From Gaiellaceae bacterium (GTDB lineage Bacteria; Actinomycetota; Thermoleophilia; Gaiellales; Gaiellaceae), in the NCBI GenBank assembly GCA_036820565.1, contig DAISLG010000001.1, positions 10,614 through 56,979 of the forward strand: 46,366 bases of DNA. The letters are read 5' to 3'. Within the stretch, counting starts at the first letter, position 1, and each line of letters begins with the position of its first letter. Below, piece by piece: positions 25,223-34,549 of this stretch. The translations under genes and the position numbers were made by a program. The notes beneath the pieces are model-generated. The model was not told the origin of the DNA and did no database searches. It worked only from the letters and a program-made list of their open reading frames with translations.

Positions 25223-26581
25223 ATGGGCGAGCACGCTGCGCCGGTAAGCGCCACCTCTCTCCGCCTCATCCGCGCCGACCCACACGTGGTCCTCGTGCTC
25301 GGCGCCGGCGCCGTCCTCGCGTCTGAGTACGGCTATCGGACGCGGCCGTCGGCCGCGTGGCTTCTCCTCGAGGCCGCGTTCGCCGGACTCGCCCTCGCCG
25401 AGGCCTGGCGGCGGCAGGAGCGTCTTCGGCTGCCGGCGCTGATCGCGATCGGATTCGCGTTTCACGCCGCGTGGCTTGCTCTCCACTTCGCTCTCGGTGT
25501 TCGCGGTGACGTCGACTCGAGCCTCGTGTTCCGCTGGCAGGGAAACGCGATCCTGGACGGGTACTACCCGCGGTCGGAGTACCCGGCCGGGGCTGTCCTG
25601 CTCTTCGCGCTGGAAGCGTGGCTCGGTAGCGGTACCACGCGCGTCGCGAATGCGCTGTTGATGGTGCCGTTTCAGCTGCTCTGCGTCGCCTGTGTCTGGT
25701 TGTGCCGCACGCGCTTCAGCCCGTGGTTCGCGGCCGTCGTCGCGCTGTGGCCGCTAAACGCGTTCTCGTGGGAGTTCAAATACGACCTGGTGCCAGCGGC
25801 ACTGCTCGCGGTAGGCCTCGTGCTTGCGCTGCGCGAGCGGTGGTCGCTCGCCGGCCTCGTGCTCGGCCTCGGCGTGACTGTGAAATGGACGCCCGGGTTC
25901 TCGCTGCTCGTCCTCGCCGTTTGGCTGCTCGCGTCGCGGCGCGTCCGGGATGCCCTGATCCTCGTCGCGGCGGCGGCTGCCGCGATCGCCGCGGTCTACG
26001 CCCCGATCCTGCTGTGGAACGCTGGCGCCGCGGCGGCCGCCTACTCACGGCAGAGCGGCCGGACCATTACTCCGGAATCGATCTGGTGGCTTCTACTGCG
26101 CCCGCTCGGCTTCGCCCACTTCGGCAAGCACGTTGCGTTTCCGGCCCACGCACCCCGTTGGGCCGATGCTGTCGCGGTCATGGTGCAGGCCGGCGCGATG
26201 GCGTCGCTCCTCGGAATCGCCATCGCCGTGCGAAGCCGCCCGCGGGCGGGAGTGGCGCTGGCGGCCCTCGCGCCGACCGTGTTTCTCCTCACGAACAGGA
26301 TCTTCAGCCCGCAGTTCATGATCGTCGTGCTCGTCGCCGCAAGCGTGGCGGGGGTCCTCGTGGTTCGCTCGGCCCGGGAACAGCTCGTTGTGGGAGTCGG
26401 TCTCGCGGGCGCGTGCCTCGCGAACGCGTTCGTGTACCCGTTTGCGTTGCCCTACTACTGGCTCACTTGGCAGCTCGCGTCGGCGACGTTGTTCGTGCTC
26501 GCGACCGGCGTCGTCGTCTGGCTCGTCCTGCGCATGCTTTCGCAGGACGATGGCGTGGACGTCGAGCGCCACCCGCCGTAA
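25223..26581 (+). CDS. polytopic membrane protein, DUF2029/GT87-like GT-C
   Basis: ATG 25223 lies inside track ORF 25109..26581. YPRSEYPAGAVLLFALEAWLG and LGVTVKWTPGF, plus many hydrophobic spans, resemble polyprenol-phosphate-sugar dependent GT87/DUF2029 proteins. Confidence 0.6.
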   Translation: MGEHAAPVSATSLRLIRADPHVVLVLGAGAVLASEYGYRTRPSAAWLLLEAAFAGLALAEAWRRQERLRLPALIAIGFAFHAAWLALHFALGVRGDVDSSLVFRWQGNAILDGYYPRSEYPAGAVLLFALEAWLGSGTTRVANALLMVPFQLLCVACVWLCRTRFSPWFAAVVALWPLNAFSWEFKYDLVPAALLAVGLVLALRERWSLAGLVLGLGVTVKWTPGFSLLVLAVWLLASRRVRDALILVAAAAAAIAAVYAPILLWNAGAAAAAYSRQSGRTITPESIWWLLLRPLGFAHFGKHVAFPAHAPRWADAVAVMVQAGAMASLLGIAIAVRSRPRAGVALAALAPTVFLLTNRIFSPQFMIVVLVAASVAGVLVVRSAREQLVVGVGLAGACLANAFVYPFALPYYWLTWQLASATLFVLATGVVVWLVLRMLSQDDGVDVERHPP

Positions 26582-26712
26582 TCCGGCGCCGCTCTCGCCG
26601 GCAGCGGACCTCAGCCGCGGAGACGGGCCTCGCAGCCTCGTTGTGGACGGGACTGGGAACGAGACGTCGGCAGGGCGAGTCCAGCGGGCAGGTCGCGGCT
26701 CGAGCCGGGCGA

Positions 26713-26743
26713 CGAAATGGAGCGAGCAGACCGCGCTGCTCGC
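26713..26743 (-). terminator. hairpin plus weak U-tract after the GT2 gene
   Basis: GCGAGCAG-ACCGCG-CTGCTCGC (26722..26743) forms an 8-bp stem. On the minus strand it is followed by TCCATTTCG. It lies in the 178-bp gap between convergent genes. Confidence 0.35.
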
Positions 26744-26759
26744 GCATGCGGCCGGGCGT

Positions 26760-27446
26760 TCAGCCGCGGATGCGGACCTCGAATAGGACGCGTACCGCCT
26801 TGAACCCGTCGCGCCACGTGATCTTCTTCCCTTCCGCGTAGGTGCGGCCGTAGTAGGCGATCGGGAGCTCGTATATCCGGAGCTTCCGCCGGCACACTTT
26901 CGCCGTGAGCTCCGGCTCGATGCCGAAGTCGTCTTGCCGGAGGTCTAGCGAGCGCAGGACGTCGGTGCGGAACGCCTTGTAGCCCGTCTCCATGTCGGAG
27001 AGCGTGGTGTTGTAGAGGACGTTCGTCAGCAGGCTCAGGAAGCGGTTGCCGACCAGGTGCCAGAACAGGTACGCGCGTTGGGGCCGTCCTCCGGAAAGGC
27101 GGGAACCGTAGACGACGTCCGCCACGCCGCGCTCGATCGGCTCGATCAGCGCGGGGACGTCCGCCGGGTCGTACTCGAGGTCAGCATCCTGAATGACGGC
27201 GATCTCACCGTCGATGTGCGGGATCGCCGCGCGGATCGCCGCGCCCTTGCCCCGGTGGGCCTGGCGGACGACGTGGAGGTCGAGCCCGTCGCGGCGGAGC
27301 TCGTCGAGGATCCGCGGCGTCTCGTCAGTCGAGCCGTCGTCGACGACGATGATTTGCTTGTCGAGCGGCAGCGCCTCGACGCGCTCGATCAGCTCCCGGA
27401 GCGTGCGCGCCTCGTTGTAAGCGGGGACGAGGAATGAGACGCGCAC
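26760..27446 (-). CDS. GT2 polyprenyl-phosphate glycosyltransferase (DPM1/dolichyl-phosphate glycosyltransferase-like, no TM tail)
   Basis: GTG start. Motifs are FLVPAYNE, VVDDGSTDET, IQDADLEYDP and METGYKAF. 228 aa. Confidence 0.9.
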   Translation of the reverse strand: MRVSFLVPAYNEARTLRELIERVEALPLDKQIIVVDDGSTDETPRILDELRRDGLDLHVVRQAHRGKGAAIRAAIPHIDGEIAVIQDADLEYDPADVPALIEPIERGVADVVYGSRLSGGRPQRAYLFWHLVGNRFLSLLTNVLYNTTLSDMETGYKAFRTDVLRSLDLRQDDFGIEPELTAKVCRRKLRIYELPIAYYGRTYAEGKKITWRDGFKAVRVLFEVRIRG

Positions 27447-27455
27447 CGGGCGACC

Positions 27456-27869
27456 CTAACGAGCCTTGGAACGCAGGCGCGGCTCTAGCCTCGCAAGGAA
27501 GTGAAGCGACCGGTCGCTGTGGTCCTTGAGGAGGACCGCGCGGACTGCGACTCGTCGCGCCTCGGCCAGCAGCTCGACCGGCGCCTCGGCGTGGTGAACC
27601 ACGTCGACGAGGAGGACGACGTCGACGCTCGCGTTCTCGCGCGGCAGCCTCCGCCCGTCGCAGCGGGCGGTCGGGATCGCCGTCTTCGGCCGGAGGAGAA
27701 CGTCGATGCCCTCGACCGAGACGTCAGGCCTACGCTCGGCGAGAGCGCCGCCTCCGGAGCCGACGTCGCCGACGCGGGCGTCGCGCGGAACGACGCGCGA
27801 GCTCGGCGCTCAGGCGTGCGAGGCGGCGCGGGCAGACGACCGAGCCGTGGACACGCTGAGCAGGCTCAT
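27456..27869 (-). pseudogene. small class I SAM methyltransferase ORF interrupted by an in-frame TGA (27810..27812)
   Basis: This ORF is not in the track. ATG 27869 overlaps the TGA of the upstream GT-C gene (ATGA). The translation is MSLLSVSTARSSARAASHA-TGA-APSSRVVPRDARVGDVGSGGGALAERRPDVSVEGIDV...CDGRRLPRENASVDVVLLVDVVHHAEAPVELLAEARRVAVRAVLLKDH..., ending at TAG 27456, 9 nt before the GT2 start. There is no ATG/GTG/TTG between the TGA and SAM motif I. Confidence 0.45.
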
Positions 27870-29392
27870 GCAGCGCGATCGCGCGGCCGCGCGTGCGGAC
27901 GGTCCGCGCCGCGCAGCGCCAGTGCGACCGACACCGCGCCGGCGGCGAGCGTGAGCACGAGCACGTAGCCCGTCCCCGGCGCAAGGCCGGCCGGGTTCTG
28001 CGCAGCGAGAGCGATCGCGGCCCACGCGAGCAGCGCAGCGGGCGCGACGACGAGCTCTAGGCGCTCGACGCGCGGACGCGCCGACGCCAAGACCACCGCG
28101 ACGACGGCGACGAGAACGGCGACGAAGAACAGCGAGATCGCGTACCAGCCGCTGATCCCTACGAGCGCGAGCCCCGTCTGCGTGAAGTTCTTCGCCCGGG
28201 CCCGGCCGATCCAGTCCCCGTCGTACGCGGCGAGCGCGTTCGTCGCCGTGATCGCGACCATCTGGAAGGCTGAAACGGCCGCGAGAGCTACGGTCGTCAT
28301 GGGGAACCTGCGGTACGCGGACGCGAGACCGAGCGCGAGGAACGGCAGGATCATAATCAGGTAGCGCGGCGGCCCGAGGCCTCCGAACACGGTGATCTCG
28401 AACCGGAGGCATGCCGCCCAGGCGAGCGCCACCGCAGTCACGGCGCAGACGACGATCGCCTCCGGCCTGCGCTCGCTCCGATACGCGATCACCGCACCTG
28501 CGACTCCGCAGACGAGCACCGGCGTCAGCGTGACGAGTCCCATCGCCGAGAAGAGAACGTCGAAGAGGAGCCGGAAGTCCGGCGTCCCCATTCCGAGCAC
28601 TCCGCCGATCGGCTTGAAGTTGCCCTCGTACGTCGAATGGAACGGCGAGCCGAACGCCCACGCGTTGTAGCCGAGCACGGGCGCGACGCCGACAGCGACG
28701 CCGAGCGCGTACGCGAGCCCGCGGCGAACGGCGTCCGCGCGGCTGCGAAGCGCGTACACCCCGAGCACGACCCCGATCAACGTCAGCGAGTACTCCGTCG
28801 TCACGGCGAGCCCGGCGAGGATGCCCCCGCATGCAACCGCGGCGAGAGCCGGCGGACCCAGGCGCTCGCGGAGAAGTAGAGCGAACGCCGCGAAGCCGAG
28901 CGTCGTCGAGAGGACGTGCGCGAAGAACATCGTCGAGAACGGCAGCACGAGCGTGCCGAGTCCCAGCGTTGCCGCCGCGACGAATCCGAACCCCGGCTCG
29001 ATCCTGTCGGCGGCCCACCGCACGAGCAGGAGCAGGACGACGAACGCGCAGGTCACCGACCACAGGTGGAGCGCCCAGATCACGCGCGTTGGATCGCCCG
29101 TCGTGCGCATTCCGACCGCGACGACCGCGGCGTATGCCGGCATCGTCGCGAACGCGAGGCCGGGCGCCTTGTTCGAGTACACGTGGCCCTTGTACGTCGC
29201 GACGTCACCGGTCCCGAGGTCGCCGATCTCGTGGCGGCTGACGTCGATCCGCGCCGTTCCGTCGGCCAGCGCGCGGACAAGCGCGTAGTGCGCGTTCTGG
29301 TTCCAGCCGTTGACCTGCATCGGGAACGCTGAAGCGAACGCCAGCGCGAGGATCGCGAGCAGCCCGAAGCGGCGGGTACGCATTGGCGGCAA
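27866..29392 (-). CDS. polytopic membrane protein, GT-C-like (ArnT-like loop motif)
   Basis: 508 aa with at least 11 hydrophobic spans. The first external loop, NQNAHYALVRALADGTARIDV...GDVATYKGHVYSNKAPGLAF, recalls the ArnT/PMT_2 xKPPL loop. Confidence 0.6.
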   Translation of the reverse strand: MPPMRTRRFGLLAILALAFASAFPMQVNGWNQNAHYALVRALADGTARIDVSRHEIGDLGTGDVATYKGHVYSNKAPGLAFATMPAYAAVVAVGMRTTGDPTRVIWALHLWSVTCAFVVLLLLVRWAADRIEPGFGFVAAATLGLGTLVLPFSTMFFAHVLSTTLGFAAFALLLRERLGPPALAAVACGGILAGLAVTTEYSLTLIGVVLGVYALRSRADAVRRGLAYALGVAVGVAPVLGYNAWAFGSPFHSTYEGNFKPIGGVLGMGTPDFRLLFDVLFSAMGLVTLTPVLVCGVAGAVIAYRSERRPEAIVVCAVTAVALAWAACLRFEITVFGGLGPPRYLIMILPFLALGLASAYRRFPMTTVALAAVSAFQMVAITATNALAAYDGDWIGRARAKNFTQTGLALVGISGWYAISLFFVAVLVAVVAVVLASARPRVERLELVVAPAALLAWAAIALAAQNPAGLAPGTGYVLVLTLAAGAVSVALALRGADRPHARPRDRAA

Positions 29393-29461
29393 CCAAGTCT
29401 AGCGCGCGCCCCGACGACGCCACGTCGGACGCGACCGTCAACTCTTCGTTAACTTCGGACG
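29393..29461. promoter_or_regulatory. divergent intergenic spacer
   Basis: 69 bp lie between starts 29392 (-) and 29462 (+). GC is locally lower at caactcttcgttaacttcgg. Confidence 0.3.
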
Positions 29462-30910
29462 ATGCAACGCCTCAGGCGTCCTACTCCGCGCGCGGCGATC
29501 GTCGCGGCGGCGGTGCTCGGGGGCCTCGCGGTCCGGGCGTGGATCCTGACGTCGCCGCTGTCGGCGCTCGATTCCGACGAGGCGATCGTCGGCTTGATGG
29601 CGCAGCACGCGCTCCGCGGCGAGTTCACGGTGCTGTACTGGCTCAACAACTACGGCGGCCCGCACGAGGCGTGGCTGACCGCGGTCGTGTTCGCCGCGCT
29701 CGGCTCCTCGACGCTCGCGCTGAAGCTGACCACCCTCGCCCTCTTTGCGGTAGGCGCGCTCCTGATCTGGCGGGTCGGACTTCGTACCGTCGCGAGTCCC
29801 GCAGCAGAGCTCGCCGCGGCGCTCTTCTGGGTCGCCCCCGCGTATCTCGTCTGGTGGACGACGAAGGCGCGCGGTTTCTATGCCTTCGGCCTCGTGGCCG
29901 AGCTCGTCGTCCTGCTGCTCGCTCTCCGCCTCAGGCAACGCGACTCGCGCCTCGACGCCGTCGGGCTCGGCTTAGCCTTCGGCCTCGGCTTCTGGGCGAA
30001 TCCGGAGGTGCTCGTGGTCGCCCTCCCGGCGCTTGCGTGGCTTGCCTGGCAGCGACCTCGGGCGCTGCGCCTCACGTGGCTCGCGCTGCCCGCCTTCGTG
30101 CTCGCCGTCTCCCCGTGGCTCGCCTGGAACGCGCGGAACAACTGGCTGTCGCTTGACCTTCGGTCGGTTGCGGGTGAGCGCAGCACCTACACCGGCCGCC
30201 TCACCGACCTCTTCCGGGTCGTGTGGCCGACCTGGCTTGGTGTGCGTGTCCCGTTCTCGCTCGACTGGTTGCTAGGCGCCGCGGTCGGCATCGTCGTGGT
30301 GGCCGCCTCGCTCGTGGGCCTCGCGCTCCTGGTCCGCAGCCGTCCGCCGCGGCTCGGCGTTCTGATTCTCATCGCCGTGGCGTTTCCGTTCTTGTACGCC
30401 GCCTCGTCCTTCGCGTTCTTCGTCGCCGAGCCTCGCTACCTCGTTCTCTTCAGCCCCGTGCCCGCGCTCCTCCTCGCGTGGTTCCTGGGTCGGTACCCGT
30501 GGCCTGTCGCCGCGTCCACGCTTGCGGCCGTCTTCGCGCTCAGCCTCGGCGGCCTCGTCCGAATGGAGCACGAGGGCCTCTACGAGCCGCTCGGCCCGCA
30601 CGTCGCCTCGGCGACCGACATCTCGCCCCTGATCGAGCTCCTGCGTCGCGAGCACGTCGACCGCGTCCTCGCGGACTACTGGATCGCGTACCGCCTCAAC
30701 TTTGAGACGCACGAGCGTGTGCTTGCGACGTCGACCGGCTTCGTTCGTGACCAACACGCCGACCGGATCGTTCGCGCGAGCGCCTGGCCGGCGCACGTGT
30801 TCGTACGAGGTACCCCGATGGAGTTGCGTGCGCGTCGCCGACTCGAGCGGCGCGGCTACCGACGGTTGACGACGGAGGACTTCTCTGTCTACGTCCACCG
30901 CCAGCTGTAG
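29462..30910 (+). CDS. GT-C fold membrane glycosyltransferase (ArnT/PMT_2-like), tandem paralogue 1
   Basis: WILTSPLSALDSDEAIVGLMA (acidic first-loop motif), WWTTKARGFYAFGLV, LRLRQRDSRLDA, and a soluble C-terminal domain with DYWIAYRLNF...RRGYRRL. Confidence 0.75.
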   Translation: MQRLRRPTPRAAIVAAAVLGGLAVRAWILTSPLSALDSDEAIVGLMAQHALRGEFTVLYWLNNYGGPHEAWLTAVVFAALGSSTLALKLTTLALFAVGALLIWRVGLRTVASPAAELAAALFWVAPAYLVWWTTKARGFYAFGLVAELVVLLLALRLRQRDSRLDAVGLGLAFGLGFWANPEVLVVALPALAWLAWQRPRALRLTWLALPAFVLAVSPWLAWNARNNWLSLDLRSVAGERSTYTGRLTDLFRVVWPTWLGVRVPFSLDWLLGAAVGIVVVAASLVGLALLVRSRPPRLGVLILIAVAFPFLYAASSFAFFVAEPRYLVLFSPVPALLLAWFLGRYPWPVAASTLAAVFALSLGGLVRMEHEGLYEPLGPHVASATDISPLIELLRREHVDRVLADYWIAYRLNFETHERVLATSTGFVRDQHADRIVRASAWPAHVFVRGTPMELRARRRLERRGYRRLTTEDFSVYVHRQL

Positions 30911-30970
30911 CCGCGGGCAGGCTGTTCCTTCGTTGGAAATCCAAGTCGTCGGCGCCAGACTGCCAGACAC

Positions 30971-30976
30971 AGGAGG
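30971..30976 (+). promoter_or_regulatory. Shine-Dalgarno AGGAGG
   Basis: AGGAGG lies 6 nt upstream of ATG 30983. Confidence 0.6.
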
Positions 30977-30982
30977 ATCGAG

Positions 30983-32443
30983 ATGAGACGCATCGTGACC
31001 CTTAGGGCCGTCGAGCGCGATCCGCTGCTCGCGGCGGTCGTCTCAGGCGCAGTCCTCGCCGGCGTCCTCCTTCGCATCTGGATTCTCACATCGCCGCTGG
31101 GCACGCTCGATGCGGACGAGGCGGTGATCGGGCTGATGGCGCGCGAGGTCACCAGTGGGCATCTGACCGTGTTCTTCTGGGGACAGGAGTACGGGGGCTC
31201 GCAGGAGGCCCTGTTGACCGGCCTCCTGTTCGCGATCGCCGGACAGAGCGTGGTCGCTCTCAAGCTCGTTCCCGTCGCCCTTTACGCGCTCGCGACTGTG
31301 CTTGTCTGGCGTGTCGGCCGACGCACCGTCGGCGAGCCCGGGGCGACTCTAGCGGCTGCCCTCGCCTGGATCTGGCCGCCCTTTCCCCTGTGGTGGTCGA
31401 CGAAGGCGAGAGGCTTCTACGGGATCGGACTCGTCAGCACCATGCTCGTCATCCTCTTCGCGCTCCGGCTTCGCGAACGCGATTCTCGCCTCGATGCAGC
31501 GGTGCTTGGTCTTGCGCTCGGAGCGGGCTGGTGGGCAACGCCGCTGACGGTGCTGTTCGCGTTGCCAGTCGTCGGGTGGCTCGTCTGGGCTCGGCCGCGC
31601 GTTGTCCGCCTCGGTTGGGCGACCGGGGCAGGCTTCCTCTTTGCCGCTTCACCTTGGTTCATCCGCAACGTCCGCGGCGGAGGGGGCTCGCTCCACATGA
31701 AGGCGTTCGTGACGTCGAAGACGACGTACTCCGGTCGCCTGGACGATTTTGTGACGAACGTCCTCCCGAGCTGGCTCGGCCTTCGGATCCCGTACGCGCC
31801 GCAATGGCTGCTCGGACCGGCTGTGGGGGGGATGGCGTTGGCCGTTGTCGTCGGGGCGATTGCAGCCGTCGGCTTGCGGCGTCGTGCGCAGCTCGCGCCG
31901 TTGCTCGCGATCGCGGCGTCGTTCCCGCTGACGTACGCGATCACCGGCTTCGGCGCGCAGCACGAGCCGCGCTACCTCACGTTTCTCGTCCCGGTCGTCG
32001 CGCTTCCCGCGGGCTGGCTACTCGCCCGCCGACGCGTACTCGCGCCGGTCGGGCTGATCGTTGCGCTCGGGTTTTCGACGCTCGTCCTGATCAGGATGGA
32101 TCGCTGGGGTCTGTACAAGCCGCGGGCGCCCGACGTCGTCGTGCCGCAGGACGTCTCGCCGGCGATCGATTTGCTGGAGCGCGAGGGCATCCACGCAGTC
32201 GAGAGCGACTACTGGCTCGCCTACCGCATCGCCTTCGCGTCGCAGGAGCGCGTGATCGTCGCGACGCCGTATACGCAGCGAAACGCCCACTGGCAACGGC
32301 GCGTGGCGTCGGAGCGTTTGCATCCGTGGCTCTTCCTCCGCGGGTCGCGGACCGAGGTCGAGGCGCGGCCGCTCCTGACGACGCGCGGTTATCGTCGGAT
32401 CGAGAGCGGTGACTACGTGCTCTACGTGCCTCCGAGTGCGTGA
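30983..32443 (+). CDS. GT-C fold membrane glycosyltransferase (ArnT/PMT_2-like), tandem paralogue 2
   Basis: WILTSPLGTLDADEAVIGLMA, WWSTKARGFYGIGLV, LRLRERDSRLDA, DYWLAYRIAF...TRGYRRI. It is collinear with the preceding gene. Confidence 0.75.
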   Translation: MRRIVTLRAVERDPLLAAVVSGAVLAGVLLRIWILTSPLGTLDADEAVIGLMAREVTSGHLTVFFWGQEYGGSQEALLTGLLFAIAGQSVVALKLVPVALYALATVLVWRVGRRTVGEPGATLAAALAWIWPPFPLWWSTKARGFYGIGLVSTMLVILFALRLRERDSRLDAAVLGLALGAGWWATPLTVLFALPVVGWLVWARPRVVRLGWATGAGFLFAASPWFIRNVRGGGGSLHMKAFVTSKTTYSGRLDDFVTNVLPSWLGLRIPYAPQWLLGPAVGGMALAVVVGAIAAVGLRRRAQLAPLLAIAASFPLTYAITGFGAQHEPRYLTFLVPVVALPAGWLLARRRVLAPVGLIVALGFSTLVLIRMDRWGLYKPRAPDVVVPQDVSPAIDLLEREGIHAVESDYWLAYRIAFASQERVIVATPYTQRNAHWQRRVASERLHPWLFLRGSRTEVEARPLLTTRGYRRIESGDYVLYVPPSA

Positions 32444-33873
32444 CGCACGCCGGCCGGGAGGCGGCGAAGTCGAGCGCCGCGGCGCAGGACGATCGTCCCG
32501 CCCTCGGCACACTCGACGCCGAAGCCGTGGGCGAAGCGGTCGCGGACGAGCCCGCGCAGGTCGTCCAGCGTGAGCGGAAACCGCCACGTGGACGTGTCGA
32601 TCGCGATGTAGTCGGTCCCGGCGAGCGGCCGCCCGTCGAGCACGTAGATGGACCGGCGGTGCGAGAGGTGCGGTACGAGCGCGCTGGTCGCCGAGACCGA
32701 CGCCCGGGGCGGGATCCTCCGCAGGCAGGCGCGGATCGACGCGATCTGGCTCGGGGTCGTGTACCGGTGGAGCTCGTCGAGCGGACGCAGCCGGCCGAAG
32801 CTGAAGTAGAGGCCCGCGAGGAGTACAGCCACGCCTAGCGCCGCCGGCACGAGCGGCGCGCCCCCGGCGGACCAGCGCCGAAGTCGCGCCGCACCGTCGA
32901 TCGCCGCGAACGCGAGCATCGGCGCGAGCACGAGGGAATAGTGGAATCCCTGCGGCGCCCAGTGCGACGGCTTGTCCGAGAGGAACCGTGCCGCGAGCGG
33001 CGGCAGCATCGCGACGGCGAGCGGAGAGGCGAGCGGCAGCGCGAGCCAGGGCGCGAACAGGTTGAACAGTGCAAGGAGCTTGTCCCGCGGGGTGAAAAAG
33101 AGGCGGATCGTGTCGATCGGGTGGAGGACGACGTGAACCGCGGCCTCGCCAGGCCCGTCACCGAGCCGCGTGTAATACCACTGCTGGTAGGCGCGATCGG
33201 CCAGCGCTGGGATGACGAGCTTGACCGCGACGATGAACCAGACGAAGGTCGCGGCGATCAGAGCGCCCCCGAGCCGGAACCGGCGCTGGAGCAGCAGATA
33301 GAGGCCGAGGCCGACGAAGGCGAGCGTGACGTCCTCGCGGGTCAGGCAGCCGAGCACGGCCATCGTCCAGAGCAGGCGCCAGCGTCGGGTGACCGTGGCG
33401 TAGAGCGCAAAGGAGACGATCGGCGCGGCGAAGGCGAGCTCGTGGAAGTCGAAGATGTCGCCGCCGAGGACACCCCAGAAGGCGAGATACGCGACCTCGA
33501 AGGCATACGCGGCCGAGGTGCCGAGCTGCTGGCGGGCCCAGAAGAAGATCGGCAACCCCGCGAGCGCGATCAGCACGGCTTGGGCGATCAGCAGGACGCG
33601 CGCGTCGTCCCAGATCCAGTACAGCGGCGCGAGCGTCATCAGGATCGGGTGGAAATGGTCTCCGAGCGCGTTCGGCAGCCGGAGGATCGTGTTCGGGACG
33701 AACTCGAAGCGGCTGTATCCCCAGACCGTCTGGTCGAAGATGCCGAGGTCGTAGCCGTTCGACCCGTAGTGGTCATGGCGGAAAATCGCGGCTGCTCCGA
33801 GCCCCACGGCGGCGACCGCCGCGACTGCCACCGGCGCCGCGTCCGCCGGGCGAACCCGCGGCAGCTCAGGCAT
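32422..33873 (-). CDS. DUF2079-like polytopic membrane protein
   Basis: ATG 33873 gives an 8-nt overlap with the upstream methyltransferase. The track ORF extends to 34002. The hallmark-like N-terminus is HYGSNGYDLGIFDQTVWGYS, with many hydrophobic spans and a soluble C-terminal ~110 aa. Confidence 0.7.
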   Translation of the reverse strand: MPELPRVRPADAAPVAVAAVAAVGLGAAAIFRHDHYGSNGYDLGIFDQTVWGYSRFEFVPNTILRLPNALGDHFHPILMTLAPLYWIWDDARVLLIAQAVLIALAGLPIFFWARQQLGTSAAYAFEVAYLAFWGVLGGDIFDFHELAFAAPIVSFALYATVTRRWRLLWTMAVLGCLTREDVTLAFVGLGLYLLLQRRFRLGGALIAATFVWFIVAVKLVIPALADRAYQQWYYTRLGDGPGEAAVHVVLHPIDTIRLFFTPRDKLLALFNLFAPWLALPLASPLAVAMLPPLAARFLSDKPSHWAPQGFHYSLVLAPMLAFAAIDGAARLRRWSAGGAPLVPAALGVAVLLAGLYFSFGRLRPLDELHRYTTPSQIASIRACLRRIPPRASVSATSALVPHLSHRRSIYVLDGRPLAGTDYIAIDTSTWRFPLTLDDLRGLVRDRFAHGFGVECAEGGTIVLRRGARLRRLPAGVRHALGGT

Positions 33874-34549
33874 GCGCGGCGACGTAGTACTGCGCGCCGA
33901 GCGGGACCGGCGCGAGCGCGCGCTCGGCGCGTCCGAGCACTGCCGATCGCCACGGGAAGAAGATGATGTAGCGCTGCTCGACCGGTTCCAGGCCCACCGC
34001 ACGCAACCGGCCGCGCGTCTCGCGCCGGCCGAGCAGGATCGCGTCGTCGTCGAACTCGCAGCGGGACACGGCGAGCCTCGTCAGCGGGTTGAGCGGGTTG
34101 TGCTCCAAGACAACCGCTAGGCCTCCGGGCCGGGTGACGCGGGCGAGCTCGGCGACGAAGACCGGCCGGTCCGGCGGCGGGACGTGGTGGAGGACGCACA
34201 CGGCGAACGCGAGATCGAACGAGCCGTCTTCGAAGGGCAGCTGGGTGCCGTCGGCGACGCGATAGTCGACCTTGGGGTTCGCCGTGCGCGCTGCCTCGAT
34301 CATCGGCTCGGACGGATCGATTCCCGTGAGGGATCCGAGCGCGCCGAGATGTCTGTCGATCAGCCCGCCCCCACAGCCGACGTCGAGCGCGCGCACCGAG
34401 CCGGGATGCGCGAGCCGCCGGCGGACGACGTCGAGCAGGCTCCGTGCCTTGGCCTGGAGAAAGAAGTCCTGCTCCTGGCCGCTAAAGCCGATCGAGCGCT
34501 CGACGAGCTCCTCGTAGCGGTCGGCGTAGGGGTCGAAGCCGCTGCTCAT
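33866..34549 (-). CDS. class I SAM-dependent methyltransferase
   Basis: It has an ATGA overlap with the upstream GT-C gene. Motif I is ALDVGCGGGLIDRHL, followed by LPFEDGSFDLAFAVCVLHHV and TRPGGLAVVLEHNPLNPL. Confidence 0.85.
   Translation of the reverse strand: MSSGFDPYADRYEELVERSIGFSGQEQDFFLQAKARSLLDVVRRRLAHPGSVRALDVGCGGGLIDRHLGALGSLTGIDPSEPMIEAARTANPKVDYRVADGTQLPFEDGSFDLAFAVCVLHHVPPPDRPVFVAELARVTRPGGLAVVLEHNPLNPLTRLAVSRCEFDDDAILLGRRETRGRLRAVGLEPVEQRYIIFFPWRSAVLGRAERALAPVPLGAQYYVAAHA

Noticed and set aside
27810-27812. Genome-wide TGA reassignment as an explanation for the in-frame TGA
   Set aside because: Many well-supported genes in this window terminate at TGA, often in ATGA/GTGA coupling overlaps. 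TGA is therefore a normal stop here. Only a local event (pseudogene, sequencing error, Sec or readthrough) remains possible.
27501-27968. 155-aa plus-strand ORF in the gap between the GT2 and GT-C genes
   Set aside because: The opposite strand encodes recognisable SAM-methyltransferase motifs with operon-consistent start and stop spacing. The plus-strand translation has no recognisable features.
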